A DNA stretch of 45,564 nt from a virus (Duplodnaviria > Caudoviricetes). The position numbers and the translations under genes are program-made. Location of the stretch: the IMG/VR virus record IMGVR_UViG_3300043748_000006, positions 1 to 45,564 of that record, one strand, 5' to 3'. Shown here piece by piece: positions 45,268 to 45,564 of this stretch. Under the pieces are notes generated by a model. It was given only the letters and a program-made list of their open reading frames with translations. It was not told where the DNA came from and ran no database searches. Within the stretch, counting starts at the first letter, position 1. Each line of letters begins with the position of its first letter.

Positions 45268-45464
45268 TTGTCCTCCGCGACAGGGGTTGTCTGCTCATTC
45301 AGGAAGCCGAGCCACTTGTCATAGACTTCGTCGTTCTGAATGTAGTTCGATACTTCAAAGACACCGGTCAGGATGTCGCGTCCGTCTTGATCGAGCTGGT
45401 TGTACATGTTCTTGAGACGTTCGAGCATCTTTTCGTCATCGGCTCGATCTGGATAAATGTTCAT
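45264..45464 (-). CDS. Hypothetical protein
   Basis: 66 aa; coupled to the stop of 66-677 across the circular junction. Confidence 0.7.
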   Translation of the reverse strand: MNIYPDRADDEKMLERLKNMYNQLDQDGRDILTGVFEVSNYIQNDEVYDKWLGFLNEQTTPVAEDK

Positions 45465-45564
45465 GCCGCACTGCTTTCAATCGAGCCCATGATGGCCTGA
45501 TACGTGTTGAAAGCTTCCGGCATTGAATCGAGCTCGGCGCCGACCTTCACCATCTTGGTTTCAT
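45396..45564. repeat. Terminal direct overlap with 1-169
   Basis: 168 of 169 bases identical to the window start. Confidence 0.95.

Larger units (their letters stand above)
444..45286. repeat. Dispersed 11-bp motif CCCCTGTCGCG, at least 45 exact copies
   Basis: Plus-strand starts: 958,1328,2374,2913,3546,3914,4846,7145,8286,11059,15054,16075,16486,19206,21444,21600,22973,25004,25448,26038,29822,30828,31453,33303,36257,39316,43080,43376. Minus-strand (CGCGACAGGGG) starts: 444,8654,13796,17461,19213,21307,22270,25473,26072,31412,37354,38393,42229,42966,44040,44556,45276. Near-matches at 5538,10465,12756,21538,22141,23932,27685,35049,38427. Confidence 0.97.

Noticed and set aside
444-45286. 11-mer as a CRISPR repeat, REP/MITE or insertion footprint
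   Set aside because: Too short, irregularly spaced, no conserved flanks or target duplications, and it keeps reading frames intact inside essential genes
444-45286. 11-mer as a by-product of a repeated peptide (PVA)
   Set aside because: Occurs in five reading frames, on both strands and in intergenic DNA
444-45286. Classical stoperator or Chi interpretation
   Set aside because: Not excluded but disfavoured: orientation is not consistently tied to transcription direction (8 + and 8 - in the right arm), and no integrase or lysogeny module was found

Overview
The window looks like a complete, circularly assembled dsDNA phage genome of about 45.4 kb unique sequence. Bases 1-169 are repeated at 45396-45564 with one mismatch. 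Portal, scaffold, capsid, adaptor, nozzle and large ejection-type proteins, with no tape measure or tail tube, indicate a podovirus-type virion. A WhiB-family gene and a Streptomyces-phage-type endolysin cell-wall-binding domain point to an actinomycete host. I found no integrase, RNA polymerase, tRNA or CRISPR array, so it is probably lytic. The + strand (3263-27892) carries packaging, structure, lysis and whiB genes. The - strand (27942-45464, continuing through 66-2299) carries replication, recombination and many small early genes. Features the gene list does not explain: (1) an 11-bp motif, CCCCTGTCGCG, in at least 45 exact copies on both strands, mostly inside genes and in five different reading frames; (2) two long non-coding tracts that fold into multi-helix structures with strand-consistent G-U pairs, about 37630-38110 (+) and about 2380-3143 (-), which are candidate large ncRNAs; (3) an Acb2/Tad1-like and a WDGH-family small protein flanking the scaffold and capsid genes; (4) a DNA polymerase A split into two genes. 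All motif counts, folds and family calls were made by eye, without searches or folding software.
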